This document shows, one piece after another, positions 18,416 through 28,726 of a stretch of DNA of 64,000 bases. Source of the DNA: Promethearchaeota archaeon. Its GTDB lineage: Archaea > Asgardarchaeota > Lokiarchaeia > Sigyniarchaeales > SOKP01. Location of the stretch: positions 160,001 through 224,000 of the forward strand of contig JAUVNS010000007.1 in assembly GCA_030599585.1 (NCBI GenBank). The letters are read 5' to 3'. A model generated the notes under the pieces. The model ran no database searches and was not told the origin of the DNA. It saw only the letters and a program-made list of their open reading frames with translations. The position numbers and the translations under genes were made by a program. Numbering within the stretch: position 1 is the stretch's first letter; each line of letters opens with the position of its first letter.

Positions 18416-20251
18416 CTAATCTGTGAATAGAATTTCATCCCACGGTTGACGATATAAACCTGCTCTTTGGCGTTTTTGGTCGAACACATGTCCCATCATT
18501 CCAATTGACCTTCCAAGCACGAAAAGACCGTTCAATGCTTCACTATGGATGACATCTTCAATTTCTTCTTGAGTGAAATCTAGATTTTCGAGTAAGTCTA
18601 AAAACGTAATTCCGACACATCCATCAACATTTAGTATAAGATTATTTCTTTTAGACGTAGTAAGTTTCTCAACTTCAAGAGCGTAATCAAGATGAGGATG
18701 TTTTTCAAAGTTTTTAAGCACAAACTCCTTTAACAATTGAACGCGTACATCAGGATTTTGAACTGATTTTATTCTGTGTCCAATTCCAGGGATGTTAATT
18801 TGCACTACATTCTTCATGTAACCCATAAATTCTAATGGATTCATTCCTTTTTGTAAAGCTTCCCTGAAATATTTAGCTGCGTTCGAAATTGCTCCACCGA
18901 ATCTCGGACCGATTGTGAGGATACCTGAAGCAAGAGACGACATAAGATCTTTGCCTGCACGTGCGGTGATTATTGCGTTATGAGCTCCTGAAACTGCTGG
19001 ACCGTGGTCGGCCGTTAACTTGATGACAATTTCAATAAACTCTTGGGCAAACTCAGGTAATTCTTTCTTAAACCACAATAAACCGATTACATATCCTATC
19101 GATTTTTTATCTTTAATTATTGTGTCTAATCCGATTCCAGCAAATGTAGGAACATCTCCTCTGTCATCTGAAATGGTAACCACTACATCAGTGGGCCTCC
19201 TAACTTTTCCCAATCGAACAGCTGTGTTATAATCCATTGGAATTGCTGGGGGTTCAAAGTCTTCAATAGGTTGAATTATCCCTTCTTGTTTTAGTTTATC
19301 GAATGTTTTCCTAATTTCTTTGTCAAAGTCTTCGTAAGATTCTGGCACGATAGCTCCTGCCTCTTTTAAAGCTCGATTTTTTGCGTCAGCAGTCTCCATC
19401 GAACTGTCAGCCATAGCGCCCGCGTGCCCAAATTGTAATCCCTTTGGCAAAATTTTGGCCGCTGTCCCGGTTACCCATACAACAATTGGCTTTGTTATTT
19501 TCCCGTCTTTCAAAGCGTCCACTATCGCATATTCGTCAGTTCCACCAATTTCACCTAAAGCTACCAACATTTTTATTTTAGGATTAGCTTCGTATCTCAT
19601 AAGATGATTGATTAATCTCGAACCAGGATATCTATCACCGCCGATAGCTATGCCTTCATACACACCATCGGTTGTTTGACTTATCATAAAATTCATTTCG
19701 TTACTTAAGCCACCTGATTTTGAAACGAAACCAACTGAACCTGGCCGATATAATTTAGAAAGTGTAATATTTTCCAAGGTTCCCGCTGTATTTCCAATTT
19801 TAAAAGCCCCTGCCATTATTCCTCCTACAGTAGCTGGACCAATAATATTCTTCTTCTTCTCTTCTGCGATTTTTATCAATTCTCGACTCTGTCTTTCAGG
19901 GATACCTTCAGCTATAATAACTACTGTGCGAATTGTATCAGATTCAAGAGCTTCTTTACTAGTTTCGTACGAAGATCTAAAAGAAGCAAAGTTTATCATT
20001 ACATCAGCGTTAGGGTGTTTTTTCATTGCTAGATTAAGCGTTTTATAAATAGGTATTACAATTTCTTTATACCCGTAAAAAACCTTGTGATAACTAATGG
20101 CAGCAGTTTGAGTAGGTCTAATTATTGCGGCTACTGATTGTTTTTCTCTTTTACTTACAAAATCAAAATCAAGCATTCTCTGAATAGGGTTCCTCTGAAA
20201 TCCGTAGATAATCGCTTGTGTATTCCTATTAAAAAGTTCATAGTCTTCCAT
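18416..20251 (-). CDS. aclA: ATP-citrate lyase large subunit (CoA-binding + citryl-CoA lyase domains)
   Basis: GPATVGG, KSGGLSNE, QFGHAGA (phospho-His), ADHGPAVSGAHN, IGPRFGGA, GIGHRIKS, NVDG; 611 aa. Confidence 0.93.
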   Translation of the reverse strand: MEDYELFNRNTQAIIYGFQRNPIQRMLDFDFVSKREKQSVAAIIRPTQTAAISYHKVFYGYKEIVIPIYKTLNLAMKKHPNADVMINFASFRSSYETSKEALESDTIRTVVIIAEGIPERQSRELIKIAEEKKKNIIGPATVGGIMAGAFKIGNTAGTLENITLSKLYRPGSVGFVSKSGGLSNEMNFMISQTTDGVYEGIAIGGDRYPGSRLINHLMRYEANPKIKMLVALGEIGGTDEYAIVDALKDGKITKPIVVWVTGTAAKILPKGLQFGHAGAMADSSMETADAKNRALKEAGAIVPESYEDFDKEIRKTFDKLKQEGIIQPIEDFEPPAIPMDYNTAVRLGKVRRPTDVVVTISDDRGDVPTFAGIGLDTIIKDKKSIGYVIGLLWFKKELPEFAQEFIEIVIKLTADHGPAVSGAHNAIITARAGKDLMSSLASGILTIGPRFGGAISNAAKYFREALQKGMNPLEFMGYMKNVVQINIPGIGHRIKSVQNPDVRVQLLKEFVLKNFEKHPHLDYALEVEKLTTSKRNNLILNVDGCVGITFLDLLENLDFTQEEIEDVIHSEALNGLFVLGRSIGMMGHVFDQKRQRAGLYRQPWDEILFTD

Positions 20252-20252
20252 T

Positions 20253-21548
20253 TTAAATCCCTCCCGCTTCTTCTGCTTGTTTAATTAAATCTACAACTCT
20301 CGTCATGTGTGTGTATCGATCATACACTTCAATTGGAATACCAGTCTCCTCTCCAACTTGCTTCATGAGTTCTAAACCTTGTTTTTCGTTAGGTCCACCT
20401 CTTCGAACATATATTTTGACTTTTGCCTTTTTCAGTTTTTCAACAGAATTCCTGATTGCGCTGACAATTCCCTCAAATGTGGCTCTCACATTTGTAAAAT
20501 TAGCAATTCCCCCACCAATTATGAGGTACTTTGATCTCCCTGCGGGATCAGGAGTTTCTGTTATGAGATCTATGATGGTTTGAGCGTATATTTCGGTGTA
20601 TTCTCGTGATGGATTCCCCGAATATTCTCCATAATTCCCTAACTCTTTTCCAAATCCTAAGTCTACGATCGTATCCGTGTAGATAACTGAAGCCCCTCCA
20701 CCAGCAACCATAGTCCAAACTCGACCAACTGGATTCAAAATCTTTAATTTAAGAGACGCACCTGTTTTCTCGTCTAATTCCCGAATATACGCTTCTTTTT
20801 CTGACATAGTTTGTCCAAAAGCAGCTGGAAATTCAATCGGGTTATTAGAATTTCCCCATGTATCAGCGTGAAGAAACATAGCAGTATCATCTAATCTAGC
20901 TTTAACATCTAATGGAACAACTTGGTTATCTTGAGTAATTGCGAAGGGATTGATTTCAAGAAAAGTAAAATCTTGATCGACAAAAACTTGATAAAGCCCT
21001 TTCATGAAAGGAATTAAAACTCCTTTAAAATCTCCTAAATCCGGCAGTTTACTCTCTAAATCAAAAGTTTTAATATCAGTTCCAATCGGTATTGTTATGT
21101 GAATAACCTTATCCCAGTTTTCCTCAACGAAAATTCCTCCTTCAAAACTGAAATGAATGACATCGCCATCCCGTTCGGTTGTAATTGAAACATAATATTC
21201 CTTTTCGTGAGGAATGAAAGGTTCTACAAGTAAACGCTTCAATGCGCCCCTAACATTTCCAATTTCGCAGACTCTGTCTAAATTGCTATAACAGAAATCT
21301 TTCATTTCATCGCAACTTGCATCTAGTAAGAGTAGGTTTGCTTTCCCTCTTTTTCCAAAAAGTTGATCGGGTTTAACAACTACTTTTTCTGTATTTATCC
21401 ATGGATTTTCTGAGATTGCTTTCTCTAAGTCAGTCTCGCAGTCAATGACGACTAATTTGTTATGATATTTAAAATCCGGATAATATTTTGGTAATTCGCT
21501 CGCTATGAGCTTTTTAGCATCATACTCATAAATATTTTTTTGAGCCAA
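20253..21548 (-). CDS. aclB: ATP-citrate lyase ATP-grasp/citrate-binding subunit
   Basis: KPDQLFGKRGK, MVAGGGASVIY, NYGEYSG, GGGIANFT, RRGGPN; 1 nt from aclA. Confidence 0.93.
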   Translation of the reverse strand: MAQKNIYEYDAKKLIASELPKYYPDFKYHNKLVVIDCETDLEKAISENPWINTEKVVVKPDQLFGKRGKANLLLLDASCDEMKDFCYSNLDRVCEIGNVRGALKRLLVEPFIPHEKEYYVSITTERDGDVIHFSFEGGIFVEENWDKVIHITIPIGTDIKTFDLESKLPDLGDFKGVLIPFMKGLYQVFVDQDFTFLEINPFAITQDNQVVPLDVKARLDDTAMFLHADTWGNSNNPIEFPAAFGQTMSEKEAYIRELDEKTGASLKLKILNPVGRVWTMVAGGGASVIYTDTIVDLGFGKELGNYGEYSGNPSREYTEIYAQTIIDLITETPDPAGRSKYLIIGGGIANFTNVRATFEGIVSAIRNSVEKLKKAKVKIYVRRGGPNEKQGLELMKQVGEETGIPIEVYDRYTHMTRVVDLIKQAEEAGGI

Positions 21549-21837
21549 TTTTCTCTCTTTCTCTTATTTTATTTTTAATATTATGTCAAAGATTTATAAT
21601 AATGTTTAAACTCATTATAATAAAAATTTTACTTACTTGATTAATATGGGATTCTTTTCCCTTTTGTAGGGCAATTGCATCAAATTTTTCAATGATTTAT
21701 ATGATGTGAATTATAGCGGATTTGATTTTGAGCTCAACTGGGCACTTTATAGATAATAAGCAAATAATTTATATGAACAACATGATAATAATATCCTAAA
21801 TACTTAGAACAATAAAACTAAAAGAGGGATTGCAACA

Positions 21838-23193
21838 TTGCATTACGATTTAATAATTATTGGCGCAGGTACATCTGGTTTTCCGTCAGCTAAAATCGCT
21901 GCTGGGTATGGAAAGAAAGTTCTTTTGTTAGGCGATGGTGCCTTAGGGGGAAAATGTATAGAAAACGGTTGTATCCCGGCTAAAGCGATGATATATGCTG
22001 CTCATCTGTATAAACTCGCACTTAAAGCGAAGAATTTTGGTGTCGAAGTAAAAGATGTAACATTGAATCTTAAGAAAGTGCTAGAATACACCAATAAATT
22101 GGTACGTGATGCAATAGAAGATAATGAAAAACAAATAGCGGAATTCAAGAGTGTTAACTACATAAAGGAAAGGGGCCATTGCATAAGCGACTCCTCTGTA
22201 GAAGTAGGAAATGAAGTTCATACAACAACCAATATCTTAATTTCTACTGGAACTAAACCATTTATCCCTCCCATTGAAGGCATTGATGATGTTGATTATT
22301 TAACTCACGAAACTATATTCAATATCGAGAAGATTCCGAAATCAATAGTGTTTGTAGGAGGCGGATTTATATCTTTGGAATTTGCGAATGTATTCAACAA
22401 TTTTGGCAGTAAAGTCTACATAATTGATACAAACCCACTCCCTATTTTTGCAGCGGATGAAGCTATATCATCAGCAATAAAAACATATTATGAAGAGGAT
22501 GGTATAATCTTTTATTGTAACTCGCGCACCTCAAAAGTATCAAAAATATCAGATAAAATTCTCGTGGAAACAAACAAGGGAGATAAAATCGAAGTAGAAA
22601 AAGTCATGCTATCAACGGGTTTTTTAGCCCATACAGAAGGGCTTAATTTAGAAGCAGCCGGTGTTGAAACAGATGCGAGGGGAAATATCATCGTTAATGA
22701 ATTTCTTCAGACTTCTAAACCTAGCATCTACGCGATTGGAGATATTTTAGGTAAAACGCAATTTACACATATGGCTTTACGGGAATCTAAAATTGTTATT
22801 CATAATATGTTCAATGAAGATAAGATTCCGGTTACTTTTAAAAATATACCCTACGCCGTGTTTACAGATCCTCCTATTGGTTCTGTAGGAAAAACGGAGC
22901 AACAATTAAGAAAGGAGGGTGTTGATTACAATGTTGTTCAAACCGTTTTTCCAAAAAATTCTCGTGCACATTTAATGAGACTTAAGCGTGGCATTATGAA
23001 ATTACTTTATAATAACGAGGACCAAATACTTGGATGCCATATTATTGGGGAAGGAGCAGATATTTTAATCCATGAAATTGTCCCTCTTATTCATTTACCG
23101 AAAGGAATGCAGACTTTTCGAAAGTTAATACATGCACACCCAACTCTATCTGAGTTGTATAGAAATCTGCAGGAGCAAATCGGTTTTTTCTAA
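21838..23193 (+). CDS. lpdA: Dihydrolipoamide dehydrogenase-family pyridine nucleotide-disulfide oxidoreductase
   Basis: GGKCIENGCIP redox disulfide, GGGFISLE, AIGD, HAHPTLSE. Confidence 0.75.
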   Translation: MHYDLIIIGAGTSGFPSAKIAAGYGKKVLLLGDGALGGKCIENGCIPAKAMIYAAHLYKLALKAKNFGVEVKDVTLNLKKVLEYTNKLVRDAIEDNEKQIAEFKSVNYIKERGHCISDSSVEVGNEVHTTTNILISTGTKPFIPPIEGIDDVDYLTHETIFNIEKIPKSIVFVGGGFISLEFANVFNNFGSKVYIIDTNPLPIFAADEAISSAIKTYYEEDGIIFYCNSRTSKVSKISDKILVETNKGDKIEVEKVMLSTGFLAHTEGLNLEAAGVETDARGNIIVNEFLQTSKPSIYAIGDILGKTQFTHMALRESKIVIHNMFNEDKIPVTFKNIPYAVFTDPPIGSVGKTEQQLRKEGVDYNVVQTVFPKNSRAHLMRLKRGIMKLLYNNEDQILGCHIIGEGADILIHEIVPLIHLPKGMQTFRKLIHAHPTLSELYRNLQEQIGFF

Positions 23194-23194
23194 T

Positions 23195-23542
23195 TTATTC
23201 TTCGAGATTTTCTAATGGAATCCAACCTATTTTTCCACTTTCATTTTCAATCTTTGCCCATCCACTTTCTCTTTCTTTAATTTTGACAAATTCTCCCTTT
23301 GATACTGAGATTTCAAAAGAATTATAAGCACGGATAAACTGAAACTCTTCAAATGAATCCTTTACTGGAGTAACGAAGGCTTTAGGGACCCAACCGAAAA
23401 TTCCATCCTTATTTTTGCAATAAAGCCATCCTTCCCATTGAGTAGGTTTTTCTTTACCATTGACTATTTCACCCTTTTCAGCTTGAAAAGGAATTAATAC
23501 ATCTGAGTGATGAGATTTGATCACTTTTACTTTTTTTATCAT
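23195..23542 (-). CDS. Tandem SH3-like domain protein
   Basis: Two repeats: KGE..EGWLYC..GWVPKAFV and KGE..SGWAKI..GWIPLENL. Confidence 0.75.
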   Translation of the reverse strand: MIKKVKVIKSHHSDVLIPFQAEKGEIVNGKEKPTQWEGWLYCKNKDGIFGWVPKAFVTPVKDSFEEFQFIRAYNSFEISVSKGEFVKIKERESGWAKIENESGKIGWIPLENLEE

Positions 23543-23555
23543 TGTAATTCTTAAT

Positions 23556-24416
23556 TCAATAGAGTTCTTTAATCATTTTTGGAACATCCCAAGGAGTATC
23601 AGCAATTAAGGCACCTGCTTTTTGAAGAGCTTTTATCTTACCTTGAGCCGTACCAAAATCTCCTGAGATAATTGCTCCCGCATGTCCCATTCTTTTTCCT
23701 TCTGGAGCGCTTTTTCCAGCAATATATGCTATTATGGGTTTAGAGACGTGCTCTTTGATATATTCTGCAGTTTTTTCTTCTTCGTCACTTCCAATTTCAC
23801 CTATAAGAACAATCGCTTTAGTTTTTGAATCGTCTGAGTAATATGCTACAGCTTCTTGCATAGGTGTTCCTCTCACAGGGTCTCCACCTATCCCTATATA
23901 TGCTGAAACACCGATATTTTCGTCTCCAACTGCTTTTGTTATCTCATAAGATAAAGTTCCACTTTTTGAAATTATTGCCACATCCCCATAATGACACATA
24001 TTACCTGGCATTATTCCTAATTTAATCTTATCCGGAATCAGCATCCCTGGACAATTCGGACCGATTAAATTTAAATCTTTTTCCTTGGCTTTCTCAACAA
24101 GCTTAATCATATCAAACACGGGAACATTCTCGGTTATAATAACAGTCATGGTGATTCCAGCATTTAAGCTTTCCATGGCTGCTGCTAATGTAAATCTAGC
24201 GGGAACAAAAATAATACTTGTATCTGCACCTGTTTCTTTTCTTACTTCTTTCATTTCGTTAAAAACGGGTATGCCGTATACCTCTTGGCCACCCTTTCCA
24301 GGTGTCACACCTGCGACAATACTAGTTCCATATTCAACCATCAATTTTGTGTGAAACATCCCTTGCGTTCCAGTGATACCTTGCACAACAACTTTTGAAT
24401 TTTCGCTAATATACAT
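23556..24416 (-). CDS. sucD: Succinyl-CoA synthetase alpha subunit
   Basis: VQGITG, GVTPGKGG, IGPNCPG, SKSGTLSYE, GIGGD, MGHAGA. Confidence 0.95.
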   Translation of the reverse strand: MYISENSKVVVQGITGTQGMFHTKLMVEYGTSIVAGVTPGKGGQEVYGIPVFNEMKEVRKETGADTSIIFVPARFTLAAAMESLNAGITMTVIITENVPVFDMIKLVEKAKEKDLNLIGPNCPGMLIPDKIKLGIMPGNMCHYGDVAIISKSGTLSYEITKAVGDENIGVSAYIGIGGDPVRGTPMQEAVAYYSDDSKTKAIVLIGEIGSDEEEKTAEYIKEHVSKPIIAYIAGKSAPEGKRMGHAGAIISGDFGTAQGKIKALQKAGALIADTPWDVPKMIKELY

Positions 24417-24420
24417 TTTA

Positions 24421-25542
24421 TTAACTTAACACCTCCTCCAATTTTTCTACAGCTTCCATAACGTCTTGAAACGCTTCGATACCCGCTTCCTTAAGTAGAG
24501 TAATTCCTTCTTTCTCTTTGGTTCCTGTTAATCGTATAACCATCGGTGGAGCGTCTGAGAAATTGTTTAAAGCTTCAATAATTGCTTGAGCTACTATATC
24601 ACAACGCGTTATACCTCCGAAAATATTAACTAAAACCGCTTTTGGGTTTAATTTAAAGATTAATTCCAAAGCCTTATACACTCTTTCTTTACTAGCACCA
24701 CCTCCAACATCTAAGAAGTTCGAAGGGTGTAATCCTAATTCAGATAGTACATCTAATAAAGCCATTGTGAGCCCGGCTCCATTTGCTAAGATACCAATAT
24801 TCCCCGATAATTCAACAAAGGAAAATCCAGCTTGTTTCGAAAGTTTTTCTAGTACGGATAATTTTTTTTCCTCCAATTTTTGAACGATTGGCTGCCTAAA
24901 CGCAGCGTCGTCGTCCAAAATCATCTTTCCATCTACTGCAAATAGCCCAGAGGGTGTTAATACAAGAGGATTAATTTCTACCAGTTGTGCCTCTAACTTC
25001 AAAGTTATTTCCCATAATTTCATAAATATTTGTGAAGCCGTATCAATCTGTTTGCCATTAAATCCCAATTGCCGCGCCACTTTACCTGCTAATTCTTCAG
25101 AAATCCCTTCTTGAAGGGAGAAGCTCTCCTTTAATATTGCATCTGGAATTGTTTTCGCAACTTCTTCAATATCAATCCCCCCTTCTTTGCTAGCAATTAG
25201 GTAAAATTGTCTCCCAGAGGTATCTAAGGCTATAGAGCAATAATACTCGTGTTCTATTGTTACGAGTTCTTCAATAAGGATTGCTTCAACCTGAAACCCA
25301 GCAATATTTCTGTTAAAGTATTCTTTACAGAGAGAAATAGCCTCTTCCTTTGTTTGAGCAATTTTTATTAAACCCGCTTTTTTTCTACTTCCAATAGCGA
25401 TTTGTGATTTAACAATTGCAGGGAATGAAAAACTTTTAACTTTTTCTTCAACATTTTCTCCCCTTACAATTAACACGTTCTTAACTATAGGAATATTAAA
25501 CATGCTAAAAATTTCCTTGCTTTCGTATTCGAGCAATCTTAT
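24421..25542 (-). CDS. sucC: Succinyl-CoA synthetase beta subunit
   Basis: LEYESK, KSQ, EGGIDIEE, EINPL, NGAGLTMA, NFLDVGGG, NIFGGITRCD. Start is either TTG 25536 or ATA 25542, which has the better-spaced GGAGGT. Confidence 0.92.
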   Translation of the reverse strand: MRLLEYESKEIFSMFNIPIVKNVLIVRGENVEEKVKSFSFPAIVKSQIAIGSRKKAGLIKIAQTKEEAISLCKEYFNRNIAGFQVEAILIEELVTIEHEYYCSIALDTSGRQFYLIASKEGGIDIEEVAKTIPDAILKESFSLQEGISEELAGKVARQLGFNGKQIDTASQIFMKLWEITLKLEAQLVEINPLVLTPSGLFAVDGKMILDDDAAFRQPIVQKLEEKKLSVLEKLSKQAGFSFVELSGNIGILANGAGLTMALLDVLSELGLHPSNFLDVGGGASKERVYKALELIFKLNPKAVLVNIFGGITRCDIVAQAIIEALNNFSDAPPMVIRLTGTKEKEGITLLKEAGIEAFQDVMEAVEKLEEVLS

Positions 25543-25549
25543 GATAATG

Positions 25550-25555
25550 ACCTCC
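25550..25555 (-). promoter_or_regulatory. Shine-Dalgarno GGAGGT upstream of sucC
   Basis: Minus strand reads ttcaaGGAGGTcattatcATAAGATTGCTC. Confidence 0.6.
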
Positions 25556-25752
25556 TTGAAAGAAAATTTGGTTGAATCTCATAGAGAAAAAGATTCAAAT
25601 TAGACTCAAATTAAAAATCGCTTAGTAATTAATAAAACTTATTCTAATATTATATAATTTAAATCGATCCCTTATTTTGTGTTTTTGGGAGAATATCTTA
25701 ATAAATAATAGAATGGATAAAATAATATCAAAAACGAACTCTGAAAAAAAAG

Positions 25753-27177
25753 ATGAAAACCTCAAATAATGATGTGAATCCGGCACAATCTGAAGAACCA
25801 AGTCTGATAAAGATGATTTTGTTTTCATCCGGATATTTTTTAAATACATTTTTAATGATAGCTTTTAATAGTTATGTCTGGACATTCTATGAAGGAGAGC
25901 TTGGTTTAATCGGCATAACCGCTTTATGGCCAATATATATGGCAATCGCAAATGCTATATACATAATATTTAGTATGTTAATTAACCCCGTTATAGGGTA
26001 TCTTACAGATAAACCCTTCAAATGGACAATGAAGCGAGGGTTTCACACACCATGGATCATTATTGGAGGGATTCTTACTATTATCTTATTTTTCTTCCTA
26101 TTTACACCCCCTCAAGTATCAGGGATTGAAAGTGCGTTGCCCATTCTAATATATTATATTATAATCGTACTCTTATACGATACATCGTATTCTCTTCTTC
26201 AAACCCATTCTTTTGGAGCTTTCGCTGCACACTTTAGGGGAGACGCAACACGGCGAAAAGGAGGGATTTTGACTCAAATTTTTACCTTTCTAGCAAATTT
26301 CGCAGCAATTACGGTCTGGTCTTTAGTTATTATTCCTGGAAATCCGACATCGTTCACAATCGCTGCATTTTTCAGTATTATTATACTTTTATGCTCATTC
26401 TTGGTATTTATACCTGGATCCAAGGAATCTAAAGCGATAAAAGATAGATTTATTGTAGGATATGACAACCTTGATAAAATTTCTTTTTTAAAAATATTGA
26501 AGATAGCTATAAAGCAGAAAAATTTTATGTTGGCTATATTTTCTTATCTCACATTTATGATTTCGTTTGGACTTATGAGCATGAATACAGTCAACTATAT
26601 TGACGACGTTCTACAAGAGGGACAATACATAAGAAGTATAGGTTCTATTTTAATGCTTTTATCTTCATTTGTAACAATGCCTATTTGGGCTCGCTTAGCT
26701 AAAAGAATAGGCCATCCGAATACTTACGCAATAGGTTTAGCTTCCTACGGAGTAAGTCTATTATTGAACCTTTTTATTGTGAATGCATTTCAATTCTATT
26801 TAATTAGCATCCTAAGTGGAGTATCAGGATCATTGTTCTTGATTATGTTATCGCCCGTTTTTGCAGATTGTTACGATGAAATCGCTGTGAAAACAAAAAA
26901 ACATCACCAGGCTACTTTGATTGGGATTAGAAATTTATTTGTTCGTCTTTCTGTAATGGTTCAGAGTTTTGTTATAGCAATTATTCATGCACTTACATTT
27001 TATAATCCGATAGATGTTTCTCACCAAGACAATGCCTTAGTAGGTCTTCGAATTATTCAGGGATTAATTCCGTTCTCTGTTTGTATTCTGGGTGCGCTAA
27101 TCTTTTATAAATGGTATGATCTGAAAGATATCAAAAAACAAGAAGTTACTCGTAAATTACGGGAATTGGGTTTGTGA
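25753..27177 (+). CDS. MFS transporter, glycoside-pentoside-hexuronide (MFS_2) family
   Basis: About 12 TMs, NPVIGYLTDK, RGFHTPW, ADCYDE, C-terminal WYDL. Confidence 0.85.
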   Translation: MKTSNNDVNPAQSEEPSLIKMILFSSGYFLNTFLMIAFNSYVWTFYEGELGLIGITALWPIYMAIANAIYIIFSMLINPVIGYLTDKPFKWTMKRGFHTPWIIIGGILTIILFFFLFTPPQVSGIESALPILIYYIIIVLLYDTSYSLLQTHSFGAFAAHFRGDATRRKGGILTQIFTFLANFAAITVWSLVIIPGNPTSFTIAAFFSIIILLCSFLVFIPGSKESKAIKDRFIVGYDNLDKISFLKILKIAIKQKNFMLAIFSYLTFMISFGLMSMNTVNYIDDVLQEGQYIRSIGSILMLLSSFVTMPIWARLAKRIGHPNTYAIGLASYGVSLLLNLFIVNAFQFYLISILSGVSGSLFLIMLSPVFADCYDEIAVKTKKHHQATLIGIRNLFVRLSVMVQSFVIAIIHALTFYNPIDVSHQDNALVGLRIIQGLIPFSVCILGALIFYKWYDLKDIKKQEVTRKLRELGL

Positions 27178-27222
27178 TTTCTCTTAATATTGATAATTTC
27201 TCAGAGGGCATTTTTAAGTAAA

Positions 27223-28662
27223 CTAGTTGAATAAAAATGCAAGTAAAAATAGACCAATGGAAAGAATACTAGAGATTAGAAGATTATGATTATAAGTTCT
27301 ATATTTTTCACAATCGAAACAAACTCGTTTTGTTCGTACATTATCTATTCGAATTTTATGATTTTTTGTTCTCCGCCATTCCATCTTACCTATAACTAGC
27401 TTATCTTCACATCCTTCTAAAGGACCAATTTCGCACTTCATCACAATACCAGAAATGTGCTTCTTTTTACGGATTATATTAGCCCCAGAGGTAAAATTGC
27501 CAGCTGAAAACACTGCTAATTTGTTGAAATCAATTTCATTACCTTTTTTATTCTCAACAACATCTGGAACCTTTATTATTGGTTGAAGAACATGGGAATG
27601 GTGAGCAAAAATGATATCCCATTTATGTTCAGTATTAGGTAAAATAAGCCTATTAAATCGTCTTCTTACCCATTGTTGAAAACATGTATAATCTTGTATA
27701 TTTCCAGTTAGAAGTGCTCTTGCATCTAATTGGACTCTCCTCCTCACATATTTCTCGTTTTCGAAGCCCCAATGGGGGAAAAGGATGTTAAATTTATTGT
27801 TATCATGAGGATTAGGTGCAAGATTGGGAGTATTATATTTTAAGGTGTATTTCCATGTTTTTTGATTACTCCATTCTGTAGCACTAAATATATTTATATC
27901 ATTATTTTGACTATGGATAAAAGATACATCCCCCCGACCAAATACGTCAAATTTAGATCGACTTTGTATCCTATGTAAGGAATGGTTATATGGTACACTT
28001 CCAAAATCTTCGCTGTGATTATTGCTTGAACACAGCAACCATTTGGCATTAGGGTTTAACAAGCTTGCTAATTTTTTGAGAATACTTCCTGGATGAGCTT
28101 GTTTTGTAATTGGGCAGGATTTATCAGAAATTATCCCTTCCAAATTACCAATTATTAAATTAACATCGTTAAAGAAGCAATAAATGTCAGGATGAAATTT
28201 TAGGTCAAATTTTTTCATTTTCATTATATCTCCAACGAATCCTATTTTGCATTTTGTTCTAGTTATATTATTTATAGTATGGGTATAAATCTCTGATTTA
28301 CGATTTAAGATGTATGGACCTGGTAAAAATATTACATCATCCCTAATTTTGTATTTCCATGCTCTTATAAGCTCTCTTCCAACACTTAGAAAAAGGAGTA
28401 TTGCTAGAATTAAAAAGATGATGCGAACATATCTAATCATGAAATTACTAAAAAGACGTAAAAATATTATTATAAGAATACCCACTGCCGCAAATCCCGG
28501 TAATGCCAGATGTTTAAAAAAGTAATACACTGTCTCGTCTATCTCATAAGGACTAAGCCCGCAATTATCTGGTCTTATAATTTTATTATCACCACCGCAT
28601 AATCCTACCGGTTGTCTATAATAATCGCCTAAAAGATCACCATTGGAAGTAAATAACTGCAT
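27223..28662 (-). CDS. CapA/PGA_cap-family metallophosphoesterase with N- and C-terminal TM helices
   Basis: GFVGDIM, GNLEG, SNNHSEDFG, PHWGFE, HHSHV, FSAGNF. Confidence 0.75.
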   Translation of the reverse strand: MQLFTSNGDLLGDYYRQPVGLCGGDNKIIRPDNCGLSPYEIDETVYYFFKHLALPGFAAVGILIIIFLRLFSNFMIRYVRIIFLILAILLFLSVGRELIRAWKYKIRDDVIFLPGPYILNRKSEIYTHTINNITRTKCKIGFVGDIMKMKKFDLKFHPDIYCFFNDVNLIIGNLEGIISDKSCPITKQAHPGSILKKLASLLNPNAKWLLCSSNNHSEDFGSVPYNHSLHRIQSRSKFDVFGRGDVSFIHSQNNDINIFSATEWSNQKTWKYTLKYNTPNLAPNPHDNNKFNILFPHWGFENEKYVRRRVQLDARALLTGNIQDYTCFQQWVRRRFNRLILPNTEHKWDIIFAHHSHVLQPIIKVPDVVENKKGNEIDFNKLAVFSAGNFTSGANIIRKKKHISGIVMKCEIGPLEGCEDKLVIGKMEWRRTKNHKIRIDNVRTKRVCFDCEKYRTYNHNLLISSILSIGLFLLAFLFN

Positions 28663-28726
28663 TTTGTTTCCACTTCTTTTTTTTTTGTATTAATATTTAA
28701 GATTTTAAAATTGTTTTTAAGAAATA

